From a virus (Duplodnaviria; Heunggongvirae; Uroviricota; Caudoviricetes): a stretch of DNA of 18,508 nucleotides. The position numbers and the translations under genes are program-made. Below, one piece after another: positions 1 to 8,086 of the stretch (positions within the stretch are counted from its first letter, which is position 1; each line of letters opens with the position of its first letter). The notes beneath the pieces are model-generated. The model saw only the letters and a list, made by a program, of their open reading frames with translations. It was not told where the DNA came from and searched no databases. The stretch is taken from IMG/VR virus record IMGVR_UViG_3300017649_000004; one strand, given 5' to 3'.

Positions 1-2
1 CC

Positions 3-86
3 GACCCCGAGAAGCTGATCAACCTGGCCGGCGCTTCAACCGAGGACGCCGGCCAACCTTTATCAACCCACCTCAAACGGAACTGA
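3..86 (+). CDS. 3' end of an upstream gene (5'-truncated); by position possibly the major tail protein or a neighbour
   Basis: Frame 3 is open from the window start (DPEKLINLAGASTEDAGQPLSTHLKRN) to TGA at 84-86, 2 nt before the chaperone ATG. Identity is positional only. Confidence 0.3.
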   Translation, partial: DPEKLINLAGASTEDAGQPLSTHLKRN

Positions 87-88
87 CT

Positions 89-442
89 ATGACGCAGTTT
101 ATCAACCTGGACGAAATCAAGCGCGAGCCGCTCGTCACCATTCAGGTGAACGGTCAGAAGCATGAGATGCGCACGGCAACGGTCGAGGACTTCATCGAGA
201 ACATGAAGGCGATCGAGAGCCTGGGTAAGAACGCTTCGCTCGTCCAGGAAATCGAAGTGATGATCGGTATCGTCGCGCGTGCCTTCCCGACGCTCCCGGA
301 GAATGAGATCCGCTCCTGGCCGATCGACAACCTTCAGAAGCTTTCCGAAATCGCTCGCGGCCTTGGCGGTGAAATCGTCACCGACAATCCGGAGAAGGCC
401 AAGGAGGCTGAAAAGTCGGGAAACGCCCCGACGGCGGGCTAG
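89..442 (+). CDS. Tail assembly chaperone (lambda gpG-like), 117 aa
   Basis: Small ORF two genes upstream of the tape measure gene; slippery heptamer G GGA AAC (418-424) lies in frame just before its stop. Confidence 0.8.
   Translation: MTQFINLDEIKREPLVTIQVNGQKHEMRTATVEDFIENMKAIESLGKNASLVQEIEVMIGIVARAFPTLPENEIRSWPIDNLQKLSEIARGLGGEIVTDNPEKAKEAEKSGNAPTAG
402..424 (+). other. Programmed -1 ribosomal frameshift signal: internal SD AGGAGG (402-407) plus slippery GGGAAAC (418-424)
   Basis: X XXY YYZ heptamer in the correct phase (TCG GGA AAC) at the conserved G/GT position; SD-like hexamer lies 10 nt upstream. Confidence 0.8.
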
Positions 443-804
443 AATCCATCGATTTTGGATTCCTGTTCGCCGAGGTGCTTTCCGAATACGGGATGAGCTT
501 CGACGAGCTTCTGAACCTGTCGCTGAAAAGGTTCTGGTTCCTTTCGAACCAGATCGACAGGCTAAGGGCCAAGAAAGACCTGCGGCAGCTCCAGCTTCTG
601 GCCTCGGTTACGAGCGTCGAAAGCTACAAGGCAGCCACCGAGTTCCTCGAGAAGCAGGTCGGCCAGGTCTACGTCTGGAAGCCGAAGAACGTTCCTCCCG
701 TCATTCAGATCGATCCGGAAACGGGTCTTGATCCTGAATTTGATCGCGAGGGTCTGCGTGCCCTCAAACGCAAACTGGCTGCTCAAGCGCGCCGCAAGAG
801 GTAA
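424..804 (+). CDS. Tail assembly chaperone frameshift extension (gpT-like part of a gpGT fusion)
   Basis: The -1 frame is open from the slip site (RPDGGLESIDFGFLFAEVLSEYGMSFDELL...) to TAA 802-804. The ORF-track start at 475 is a GTG inside this frame. Predicted fusion is about 238 aa. Confidence 0.75.
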   Translation, partial: RPDGGLESIDFGFLFAEVLSEYGMSFDELLNLSLKRFWFLSNQIDRLRAKKDLRQLQLLASVTSVESYKAATEFLEKQVGQVYVWKPKNVPPVIQIDPETGLDPEFDREGLRALKRKLAAQARRKR

Positions 805-819
805 GGAAGCGCTTACTTA
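801..819 (+). promoter_or_regulatory. GTAAG-N7-TTACTTA motif, copy 1 (before tape measure gene)
   Basis: GTAAG gaagcgc TTACTTA; overlaps the gpT-like stop codon, ends 12 nt before ATG 832. Confidence 0.7.
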
Positions 820-831
820 TAGGATAGGACG

Positions 832-3800
832 ATGACTGCAATTCGCGTTGAACTCCAGCTTGCCGACGGCTCCTTTACCAGCGGTCTGCTGCGTGCCGGT
901 CAGTCGATGGCGGAGTTCGAGCGGCAGCTCGTCCGGGCCAATCCGCGGCTGCGCCAGTTCGCTCAGAACGGCCAGAGTGTCGTAACCTCGATGGCTTCCG
1001 CGGCGCAGGCGTCGCGGGGCTTCCTTGCATCCCTGCGTGACGTGTCGATCGTTGCCGGCACCCTGTCTATGGGTATCGGCGCGATCGGCCGCGCAGCTAA
1101 TGGCTGGCTCGGCAAGATTGTCGAAATCAACGCCGAGATGGAACGCCTGACCTACCTCATGGCGGGTATGTCCACCAAGGACGACCCGATGAGGGACGCT
1201 GCTCAGAACGTCGCCTATCTTCGTGAGCAGACCAAGCAGGTTCCCTTCTCGCTGCGCGCCGTTTCGAGCGCATTCGTCAAGCTGAAGGCTACCGGCATTG
1301 ACCCGACCGCCGGCGCACTTCAGGCCCTGACCGATGGTGTCGCAGCCTTCGGCGGCTCCGACCAGCACCTTGAGCGCATTGTTCTCGGTATCTCGCAGAT
1401 GGCGGGTAAGTCCGTCATCCAGATGGAAGAAATGCGCCAGCAGCTCGGCGAGTCCATGCCGGGCGCAATGCAGATCATGGCGCGCGCAATGGGCGTGTCG
1501 GTGGCCGATCTGTCGAAGGCCATCTCGACCGGCACCGTTGCTGCAAGCTCTGCCCTTGAGAAGTTCTATCAGGAGGTCAATCGCACCTTCGGCGGCTCGG
1601 CCCAGCGCATGATGCGCTCCTTCCAGGGCCAGGTCTCGCAGCTGCAAACCAACCTCCAGATGCTGGCAACGAATGAGGGCGGCACCGGCTTCTTCGACCA
1701 GATCAAGAACCAGCTCGTCGACCTCAACGACTTCCTGAGCGGCAACATCGCCAAGCAGCTGTCGCTGGACCTCGGCAATGCGCTCAATGCCGGCGTCCAG
1801 GTCTTCCGCACGATCATTGAAAGCGCCTGGCAGTTCCGCAGCGAGCTCGTAGGTATTGCAACGATCGCTGCGACGGGCATTGGCCTGCGAATGCTTGATG
1901 GCCTGCTCAACTCGCTGGCGCTGACCATGACTTCGAGCGCCGTTGCCATGCGCGGCTTTGCGAAGTCCATGATGGACGCTCACTCGATGTGGGTGCTGGC
2001 GAACTCGGCAGGTCTGACCCTTTCGAACACTTTCGTCCGTCTTCAGTATGCCGGCCTTGCTGCGGCGACGGCCATGCGTGCGATCATTACCAGCGCGGCC
2101 GCTTTTGCGCCTGTCATCATCGCCCTTGGCTCTGCGATTTATCTGCTTGCAGATCACTTCGGGCTGCTCGGCTCCAAGACGGAGAAGGCTTACGAGGAGC
2201 TGATCAAGTTCGGCGCCGCGTCCAAGAAGATCGCGGAACAGACCGTTCAGGATCGCATCGATGAACTGCTCTCCGAAGAGCAGTCCCTCATGCGCCAGAT
2301 CGAGATCCACCGGAACTTCCTTGCCAATCCGAACCTGAGCGAAGCGGGCCGCCGCCGGCACGAGGAAAACATCCGCAAGTTCGAGGAAGACCTCGAGGCT
2401 CTGCGCAAGAAGATCAAGGACACGCGGGTGGAGGGCGACGATGCAATTCTGGCCGCACAGAACCGCGAGGAAGAACAGGCAATCCAGGCGCTTGATCGCA
2501 AGCTCAAAGACCGGCTCTTTGACATCCAGCGTCGCTATCGCCAGCTGACGACCGACCTCAGCGAAGAATACGACGAGGAGCGCGCAAAGGTCGAGGAGAC
2601 CGGCAAGTCGTTCACCGCGCTTCAGGAGCAGTATCAGAAGAACCTCGCCGACGCGCGTGCGCAGCTCTACGAGGAGACCCGCCGGATCATTCTCGATGAG
2701 CTGAAGGCCGAGGAAGAGAAGATGGAGCAGGTCGGTGAGGCTGAAAAGCGTCACTACGAGCTGCGCATCATGCACCTTCAGACGCGCCTTGCTGACCTTC
2801 GCAAGCAGCGCGAGGCAGAGCTCGGCTTCGGCATTGATCACCTCAAGGCCGCCGGCGGTCAGGAGAAGAAGGTTCAGGCCGGTCAGTCGATCCTCAATAC
2901 TCTCGAAGAGGAAATCGAAGGCATCAAGGCCAAGATGGCCGGCGCATCGGGTGCTGCCACCGAAATGTGGGCGCGCATCCAGAACGGCGACTTCGGCTCG
3001 GTCGAGGAAGGTGGCGAGGCAGTCCAGGAGCTGCACGACAAGCTCGTCAAGGCGGCCGAGGCTAAGGAAGTGCTCGACCGGCTGATGAAGGGCCAGTCGA
3101 AGGCTGAGGCTGACCTTGAGAAACTGCGCCTGAAGCTCATCGAAGACGAGATGGAGCTCATTGAGCGCCGGATGGGCCGTGAGCTTTCCGACGAAGAGCG
3201 CTTCATCCTGCGCCTCAAGCACGGCTACTACGAGGGCCTTGGCTCGATCGAGAAGATCCGCGAGGCAATCGGCGGCGCCAATGTCGAGTTCCGCAACCAG
3301 GAAGGCGCTGCTGCCAAGGTTGGCCGTGCGATCAAGGAAGACGCGTTTGGTGACGCGGCGGTCAAGGCTGTCGAGAACGTCGACAAGGCCGCACGCAATC
3401 TCGTTTCCACGATCCACAATCTGTCCGGCGCGCTCGATGGCGTGAATTTCGACCAGTTCGCCACGCGTGCGATGAACTCGCTCGGCGGCTTTACTGGCAG
3501 CTTCCTTGCGCCTGGCGCTCATGCCGGCGGCGAGGCAATCACCCGTCACGCCGGCTCGTTCCTTGATCTGATTGGCCGCGCCGAGGGCACCGACAAGGGC
3601 CGCGGCTACAACGAAACCCTCGCCTATGGCCGCTTCACCGGTGGTCCGCGCAACCTCGTCGCGATGACGCTCGACGAGATCGACGCGCTCCAGACGCAGA
3701 TGCTGCGCCACCCGGGCAACCACTTCAATTCGTCGGCTGTCGGTCGCTACCAGATCGTGCAGAAGACCCTGCGCAATTTGCGCAAGAAGCTTGGCCTGTC

Positions 3801-5535
3801 GGGCGACATGCTCTTTACGCCCGATCTTCAGGATCAGCTTGCTATCGCGCTGATGAAGGGCCGCGGCAACGACGTGGCGGGTCTTCGCAACGAGTGGGAA
3901 GGTCTGCGCCGCGTTTCTCCGGACGTGATCCGCGAGGCTTACGGGCGCCAGATGTCGGGCGCCTCGATTGGTCCGACCATTTCGAACGCCGCACCTGAGC
4001 AGAAGCCCATTGGTCCGGTCGCAACGCCGCAGTCGAACGCACTCCTTCAGGAACACAATGATCTTCTGAAGGATCGCCTGCGCGTCACCGAACAGCTTGA
4101 GAAGGAAGCCGAGAAGCTTCTGCCCAAGCGCGAGGAGCTGGATCAGCAGGCCGCTGAGCAGGAGCGCCTCGAGTTCCTCGAGGAGCTGAAGACCAAGATC
4201 CGCGAGGCATCTGAAGGCACCGAGAAGCTTGGCTCCGTCCACAAGATGGTGATCGACAAGATCACCAAGGGCGGCATTGGTCCGAACTCCAGCCGCGACC
4301 CGGACGCTCCGGAATACGCCGAAATCATCAAGGCGGCCAAGGAACTCGACGCGCTCAACAAGAAGCTGGCCGAGAACGAGAAGCTGCGCAAGGAAGACGA
4401 GCGCGACCTGAAGGAGCTTCAGGAAGACCGCCTCGAGCGCGAGCGCAAGCTGGGCGAGGCACGCCAGAAGGTTGGCGATCCGCTCTATGAAGGCCAGAGC
4501 CGCGAGCTGACGGAGCTCATCAAGAAGTATGACGAGGCGATCGAGCGCCGCAAGAAGCTCTACGGCAGCAACGATCACCCTGAAGTCAAGGCTCTGATCG
4601 AGGAGCGCGACGCAGCTATCCGTCAGCAGCGCCAGATCGAGTCGGCTGAGCGTCAGGCGGCACTTGCTGCCGAGCGTCGTGAGCTTCAGCAGTCGGTGAT
4701 GACGCAGGCTCAGATCCGCGAGCAGGCAATGCAGCAGGATCTCGCGCGCGTCGACCGCTGGATCGAGATGGCGCGTGCCGCCGGCGAAGACGAGGTTACG
4801 ATCACGCAGTTCGCCGAGGAGCAGAAGGCGCTCATTCGCCAGAAATATGCTCAGCAGGCCGACCCGCTCGCACGTCAGATGAAGGAGTGGGGCGACCTTC
4901 AGGGCAATCTTGCCCAGGCGTCTGCACGCTGGATGGAATCGATGGCCGACGGCCTCACCGACCTGATCATGGGCACCGGTGATCTGCGTCAGGCGATCCG
5001 CGGCATCCTGCGCGACATCATCAACATGGGCATCAAATACCTCATGTCGCAGTTCATGGGCGGCAAGGGTAAGGCCAGCGCGGCGGTGTCTGCGCGTGCG
5101 GCAGTTGGCAAGGGCGGCAAGATGGGTGGCGGCAAGAAGCTGTTCCCGATGGCCCACACCGGCGGCATCATCGGCCAGACTGCGCTGCGCGGCCGTATGG
5201 CATCGCCCGTCAGCTTCATCGGCGCCAAGAAGTATCACACCGGCGGCATCGTCAATAAGGGCCTGCTGCCGTCTGAAGTGCCGATCATCGCCAAGAAGGG
5301 TGAAGGCGTCTTCACGCCCGAGCAGATGGAAGCGATGGGCTCGTTCCAGCAGAACCAGGCCTTCCAGATCAATGCGCCGATCACCGTCAACGGCTCTGCC
5401 GGCACGCCCGAGCAGAACGAGGATCTCGCCAAGAAGATGGCGAAGCAGATGGAAGTCACCATGCGCACGGTCATTGCTGACGAGGTTCGCAAGCAGCAGC
5501 GGCCGGGCAACGCGCTCAACCGTAGAGGTCGATAA
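832..5535 (+). CDS. Tape measure protein, 1567 aa, with internal lambda-type lysozyme/lytic transglycosylase domain
   Basis: N-terminal tape-measure signature (LGISQMAGKSVIQMEEMRQQLGESMPGAMQIMARAMG), hydrophobic segments around aa 340-445, long E/K/R/A-rich coiled coils, C-terminal HTGG..HTGG..SEVPIIAKKGEGV segment; position between chaperones and gpM-like gene. Confidence 0.95.
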   Translation: MTAIRVELQLADGSFTSGLLRAGQSMAEFERQLVRANPRLRQFAQNGQSVVTSMASAAQASRGFLASLRDVSIVAGTLSMGIGAIGRAANGWLGKIVEINAEMERLTYLMAGMSTKDDPMRDAAQNVAYLREQTKQVPFSLRAVSSAFVKLKATGIDPTAGALQALTDGVAAFGGSDQHLERIVLGISQMAGKSVIQMEEMRQQLGESMPGAMQIMARAMGVSVADLSKAISTGTVAASSALEKFYQEVNRTFGGSAQRMMRSFQGQVSQLQTNLQMLATNEGGTGFFDQIKNQLVDLNDFLSGNIAKQLSLDLGNALNAGVQVFRTIIESAWQFRSELVGIATIAATGIGLRMLDGLLNSLALTMTSSAVAMRGFAKSMMDAHSMWVLANSAGLTLSNTFVRLQYAGLAAATAMRAIITSAAAFAPVIIALGSAIYLLADHFGLLGSKTEKAYEELIKFGAASKKIAEQTVQDRIDELLSEEQSLMRQIEIHRNFLANPNLSEAGRRRHEENIRKFEEDLEALRKKIKDTRVEGDDAILAAQNREEEQAIQALDRKLKDRLFDIQRRYRQLTTDLSEEYDEERAKVEETGKSFTALQEQYQKNLADARAQLYEETRRIILDELKAEEEKMEQVGEAEKRHYELRIMHLQTRLADLRKQREAELGFGIDHLKAAGGQEKKVQAGQSILNTLEEEIEGIKAKMAGASGAATEMWARIQNGDFGSVEEGGEAVQELHDKLVKAAEAKEVLDRLMKGQSKAEADLEKLRLKLIEDEMELIERRMGRELSDEERFILRLKHGYYEGLGSIEKIREAIGGANVEFRNQEGAAAKVGRAIKEDAFGDAAVKAVENVDKAARNLVSTIHNLSGALDGVNFDQFATRAMNSLGGFTGSFLAPGAHAGGEAITRHAGSFLDLIGRAEGTDKGRGYNETLAYGRFTGGPRNLVAMTLDEIDALQTQMLRHPGNHFNSSAVGRYQIVQKTLRNLRKKLGLSGDMLFTPDLQDQLAIALMKGRGNDVAGLRNEWEGLRRVSPDVIREAYGRQMSGASIGPTISNAAPEQKPIGPVATPQSNALLQEHNDLLKDRLRVTEQLEKEAEKLLPKREELDQQAAEQERLEFLEELKTKIREASEGTEKLGSVHKMVIDKITKGGIGPNSSRDPDAPEYAEIIKAAKELDALNKKLAENEKLRKEDERDLKELQEDRLERERKLGEARQKVGDPLYEGQSRELTELIKKYDEAIERRKKLYGSNDHPEVKALIEERDAAIRQQRQIESAERQAALAAERRELQQSVMTQAQIREQAMQQDLARVDRWIEMARAAGEDEVTITQFAEEQKALIRQKYAQQADPLARQMKEWGDLQGNLAQASARWMESMADGLTDLIMGTGDLRQAIRGILRDIINMGIKYLMSQFMGGKGKASAAVSARAAVGKGGKMGGGKKLFPMAHTGGIIGQTALRGRMASPVSFIGAKKYHTGGIVNKGLLPSEVPIIAKKGEGVFTPEQMEAMGSFQQNQAFQINAPITVNGSAGTPEQNEDLAKKMAKQMEVTMRTVIADEVRKQQRPGNALNRRGR
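3556..3945 (+). other. Lambda R-like (lambda lysozyme family) domain within the tape measure protein
   Basis: SFLDLIGRAEGTDKG / SSAVGRYQIV / FTPDLQDQLAIALMKGRG / EWEGL parallel lambda R AFLDMLAWSEGTDNG / STGAGRYQLL / FSPKSQDAVALQQIKERG / IWASL; putative catalytic Glu codon at 3583-3585. Confidence 0.85.
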
Positions 5536-5888
5536 TGGCACTGCCTACCTTCAATCCGCCGATTGGCCCCTCCCCTGGCACCGCGCACCGGCGCCAGATC
5601 AACCTTTGGGAAGCTGAGTTCGGGGACGGCTACTCGCAGCCGACCCCGAAGGGCATCAACCATATCCGCAAGACCACTGAGCTGAAGTGGGAAGCGCTCA
5701 CCTATGAGCAGATGGAAGCAATCATCGGCTTCTTCGAGCGCATGGGCGGCAACAAGCCCTTCTACTACAAGCCGTTCGGCTACTCGACGCGCATCAAGTG
5801 GACGTGCAAGGACTTCTCTGCACGCACGGACGAAGGCATCTGGTCGGTCACCGCGGAACTGATCGAGAGCTTCACGAACGAGGTTTAG
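5535..5888 (+). CDS. Minor tail protein, lambda gpM-like (distal tail), 117 aa
   Basis: AEFGDGYSQ..KGIN, FF..GG.KPF.Y, WTCKD, TAELIESF pattern; TAATG overlap with the tape measure stop. Confidence 0.85.
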   Translation: MALPTFNPPIGPSPGTAHRRQINLWEAEFGDGYSQPTPKGINHIRKTTELKWEALTYEQMEAIIGFFERMGGNKPFYYKPFGYSTRIKWTCKDFSARTDEGIWSVTAELIESFTNEV

Positions 5889-5897
5889 CGTGGGCTT

Positions 5898-5925
5898 GAT
5901 TGTAAGTAAGAGATTACTTACAATC
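5898..5925 (+). promoter_or_regulatory. GTAAG-N7-TTACTTA motif, copy 2 (5902-5920), inside a perfect 12-bp inverted repeat with GAGA loop
   Basis: gattgtaagtaa-GAGA-ttacttacaatc; TACAAT at 5919-5924; SD GGAG at 5939-5942 before the gpL-like ATG. Confidence 0.7.
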
Positions 5926-5947
5926 CCCGATCATTTTCGGAGCCCTG

Positions 5948-6658
5948 ATGTCTATCCAAGCTGAAGCCCAAAGCCTATCGCCGAGCGGTATCATCTCGCT
6001 TTTCTCGGTCGATACGTCGAACCTCAATGGCCCGACGCTGCACTTCGTGATGGGCTCGGACGCTGACAAGCCCGTCAAGTTCAACGACGTCGAATATCAG
6101 CCGGTCGATGTCGAGTTCGAAGGTCTCGAGACGACCGGTAACGGCGCGCTCCCGCAGCCGAAGATCCGCATCTCCAACGTCGATGGTCTGGCACAGGCAA
6201 TGGTGTCGACCTGGGGCGAGCTGCTCGGCTGCACGCTCTATCGCATCCGCACCTACAAGCGCTTCCTCGACGGCCAGCCGGACGCCGATCCGGAGGCTTT
6301 CTACGGCCCCGACATTTTCCGCTTCGAGCGCAAGGCGTCCGAAAACAGCGTCTTCATCGAATGGGAGCTGTCGGCCGCGCTCGACCAGGAAGGCAAGATG
6401 CTGCCGGGCCGAACGGTCATCCGCAATACGTGCCTGTGGCGCTACCGCTACTACAACGCCGCTTCCGGCACCTTCGACTATTCCAAGGCCGAGTGCCCTT
6501 ACACGGGCAACAAATACTTCGACATCAACGACATGCCGGTGAGCCATCCCGCGCAGGACGTGCCCTCGCGCCGCCTGTCCTGCTGCCGCGCCCGCTTCGG
6601 CGCCAACAACCCCCTGCCCTTTGGCGGCTTTCCCGGTGTTCAGAGGGTGAACGTATGA
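5948..6658 (+). CDS. Minor tail protein, lambda gpL-like, 236 aa
   Basis: YQPVDVEFEGLE..G.G.LPQPKIRISN, RIRTYKRFLDG, IEWELSAALD, Cys-bearing C-terminus ending FGGFPG. Confidence 0.9.
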   Translation: MSIQAEAQSLSPSGIISLFSVDTSNLNGPTLHFVMGSDADKPVKFNDVEYQPVDVEFEGLETTGNGALPQPKIRISNVDGLAQAMVSTWGELLGCTLYRIRTYKRFLDGQPDADPEAFYGPDIFRFERKASENSVFIEWELSAALDQEGKMLPGRTVIRNTCLWRYRYYNAASGTFDYSKAECPYTGNKYFDINDMPVSHPAQDVPSRRLSCCRARFGANNPLPFGGFPGVQRVNV

Positions 6659-7455
6659 TCCAGCAGAAATTTGCTGAGGCCTTCGCTGACGCAAAGGCGC
6701 ACGCGCGCCAGGAGTTTCCGGCCGAGAGCTGCGGCGTCATTTCGGGTGGCAAGTATTACGCCTGCGAGAACGTCGCCGAGCCGGCCAAGAACCACAAGGA
6801 AGACGACCCCAACTGCCCCTGCAAACTCTGCTCCTTCCGGATCGCGCCGGAGGTCTACCAGAAGTTCGTGCTCGGCGATGGCGTCGACTTCATCGTTCAT
6901 TCGCACCCGAACGGACCCTTCTACCCCTCGCGTGCAGATATGGAAGGTCAGATCCAGACGGCTGTGCCCTGGGCAATCATCGCGCTCGATGAGGAGCGCG
7001 TTGGTGATCCTGTCTGTTGGGGCGACCAGCTGCCGATCGCGCCGATCCTCGGCCGCTCCTTCATGCACGGCGTCCACGACTGCTACTCGCTGGTGCGCGA
7101 CTGCTTCCGCCTTGGCCGTGAGGAGCTCGCCAAGCAGGACATTCCCTGGCGCTTCGATCCGGTCAAGCTGATCGAGGTTCCGCGCAACGACGCCTGGTGG
7201 GACGCGGGCGACGACCTCTACATGAAGAATTTCATCCGCGCCGGCTTCTTCCAGATCGACCAGGACGAAGCTGAGCCGGGCGATTGCTTCCTGATGAAGA
7301 TCCGTTCCGAGCAGTTCAACCACGCCGGAATCCTGATCGACAACAACCTGATCATTCACCACCTGCCCGCGCGTCTTTCGCGCCGGGAACCCGCCGGCAT
7401 TTGGGCTCGTCAGGCAGGCGTGTGGCTGCGTTATGCGGGGGTGCCCGTTGCGTAA
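6655..7455 (+). CDS. Tail assembly protein, lambda gpK-like (JAB/MPN plus NlpC/P60), 266 aa
   Basis: ATGA overlap with the gpL-like stop; ESCG...HSHP..PS..D JAB motif; GRSFMHGVHDCYSLVRD and NHAGI...HH NlpC/P60 motifs. The ORF-track start at 6361 is an upstream extension. Confidence 0.9.
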   Translation: MIQQKFAEAFADAKAHARQEFPAESCGVISGGKYYACENVAEPAKNHKEDDPNCPCKLCSFRIAPEVYQKFVLGDGVDFIVHSHPNGPFYPSRADMEGQIQTAVPWAIIALDEERVGDPVCWGDQLPIAPILGRSFMHGVHDCYSLVRDCFRLGREELAKQDIPWRFDPVKLIEVPRNDAWWDAGDDLYMKNFIRAGFFQIDQDEAEPGDCFLMKIRSEQFNHAGILIDNNLIIHHLPARLSRREPAGIWARQAGVWLRYAGVPVA

Positions 7456-8086
7456 GGTCTATCTGCATGGCGCGCTCGGCGAGGAGTTCGGGCGCGAGTT
7501 CGAGCTGAATGTGAAGACGGCCGGCGAAGCCATTCGTGCCCTTTCTGCCAATTTCCCGCAGTTTCTCCAGCGCATCCGCGAAGGCGCATGGCATGTCGTG
7601 CGCGGCAAGAGCGTCGAGAAGGGCATGTCGCTCGGCGAGGACGACATTTCGACCTTCAATCTCGGTCGCGGCGATCTGCACATCATGCCGGCCGTCGCAG
7701 GCTCCAAGAACAGCGGCGGACTTCTCAAGATCATTCTCGGCGCCGTGCTTGTAGGCGCTGCATTTCTGTTCACCGGCGGCGCGCTCGCCCAGCCGATCAT
7801 GGCTGGTGCCTTGGGCGGCGTTACCGGCACGCAGCTTGCGCTCGTTGGCGTGGCGGTGGCCGTTGCCGGCGTGTCCCAGCTTCTGGCGCCTGAAGAGGAG
7901 TCGAAGGACGACGATGACTCGTCTTTCACGATGGCGGGCCCCGGCAACACCTATGAGCAGGGCCAGCCCGTGCCGCTGGTCTACGGCGAAGTCTACACCG
8001 GCGGTGTTCTCATTTCGGGCGGCATCGACATCGAGCGGATGGCCGCAAACGGAAAGAAGAGCGGCTCGATCGGAGGCAAGAAGTGA
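7448..8086 (+). CDS. Tail assembly protein, lambda gpI-like, about 212 aa
   Basis: Likely TTG start (LRKVYLHGALGEEFG); ubiquitin-like N-terminus, Gly/Ala-rich hydrophobic middle, NTYEQGQPVPLVYGE...GGVLIS C-terminus. Confidence 0.85.
   Translation: MRKVYLHGALGEEFGREFELNVKTAGEAIRALSANFPQFLQRIREGAWHVVRGKSVEKGMSLGEDDISTFNLGRGDLHIMPAVAGSKNSGGLLKIILGAVLVGAAFLFTGGALAQPIMAGALGGVTGTQLALVGVAVAVAGVSQLLAPEEESKDDDDSSFTMAGPGNTYEQGQPVPLVYGEVYTGGVLISGGIDIERMAANGKKSGSIGGKK

Noticed and set aside
279-731. 150-aa + strand ORF overlapping both chaperone frames
   Set aside because: Arg/Ser/Pro-rich off-frame ORF; the -1 frame, not this +1 frame, follows the slippery site.
801-819. Motif as a CtrA box (TTAA-N7-TTAA)
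   Set aside because: The core is an inverted repeat GTAA-N8-TTAC, not the CtrA direct repeat; half-sites and spacing differ on both strands.
5149-5256. Duplicated cacaccggcggcatc (HTGGI) near the tape measure end
   Set aside because: A common feature of tape measure C-termini; not a separate element.
817-5541. 1574-aa minus-strand ORF spanning the tape measure gene
   Set aside because: Exactly in codon register with the + gene; it stays open because TTA, CTA and TCA codons are avoided in this high-GC coding frame. Leu/Ala/Arg-rich with no motifs.
5898-5940. Hairpins at 5898-5925 and 14946-14975 as intrinsic terminators
   Set aside because: Neither is directly followed by a U-tract on either strand, and both carry the shared motif.
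6361-6654. N-terminal extension of the gpK-like ORF in the track
   Set aside because: Overlaps gpL out of frame; the ATGA-coupled start at 6655 gives a normal gpK N-terminus.
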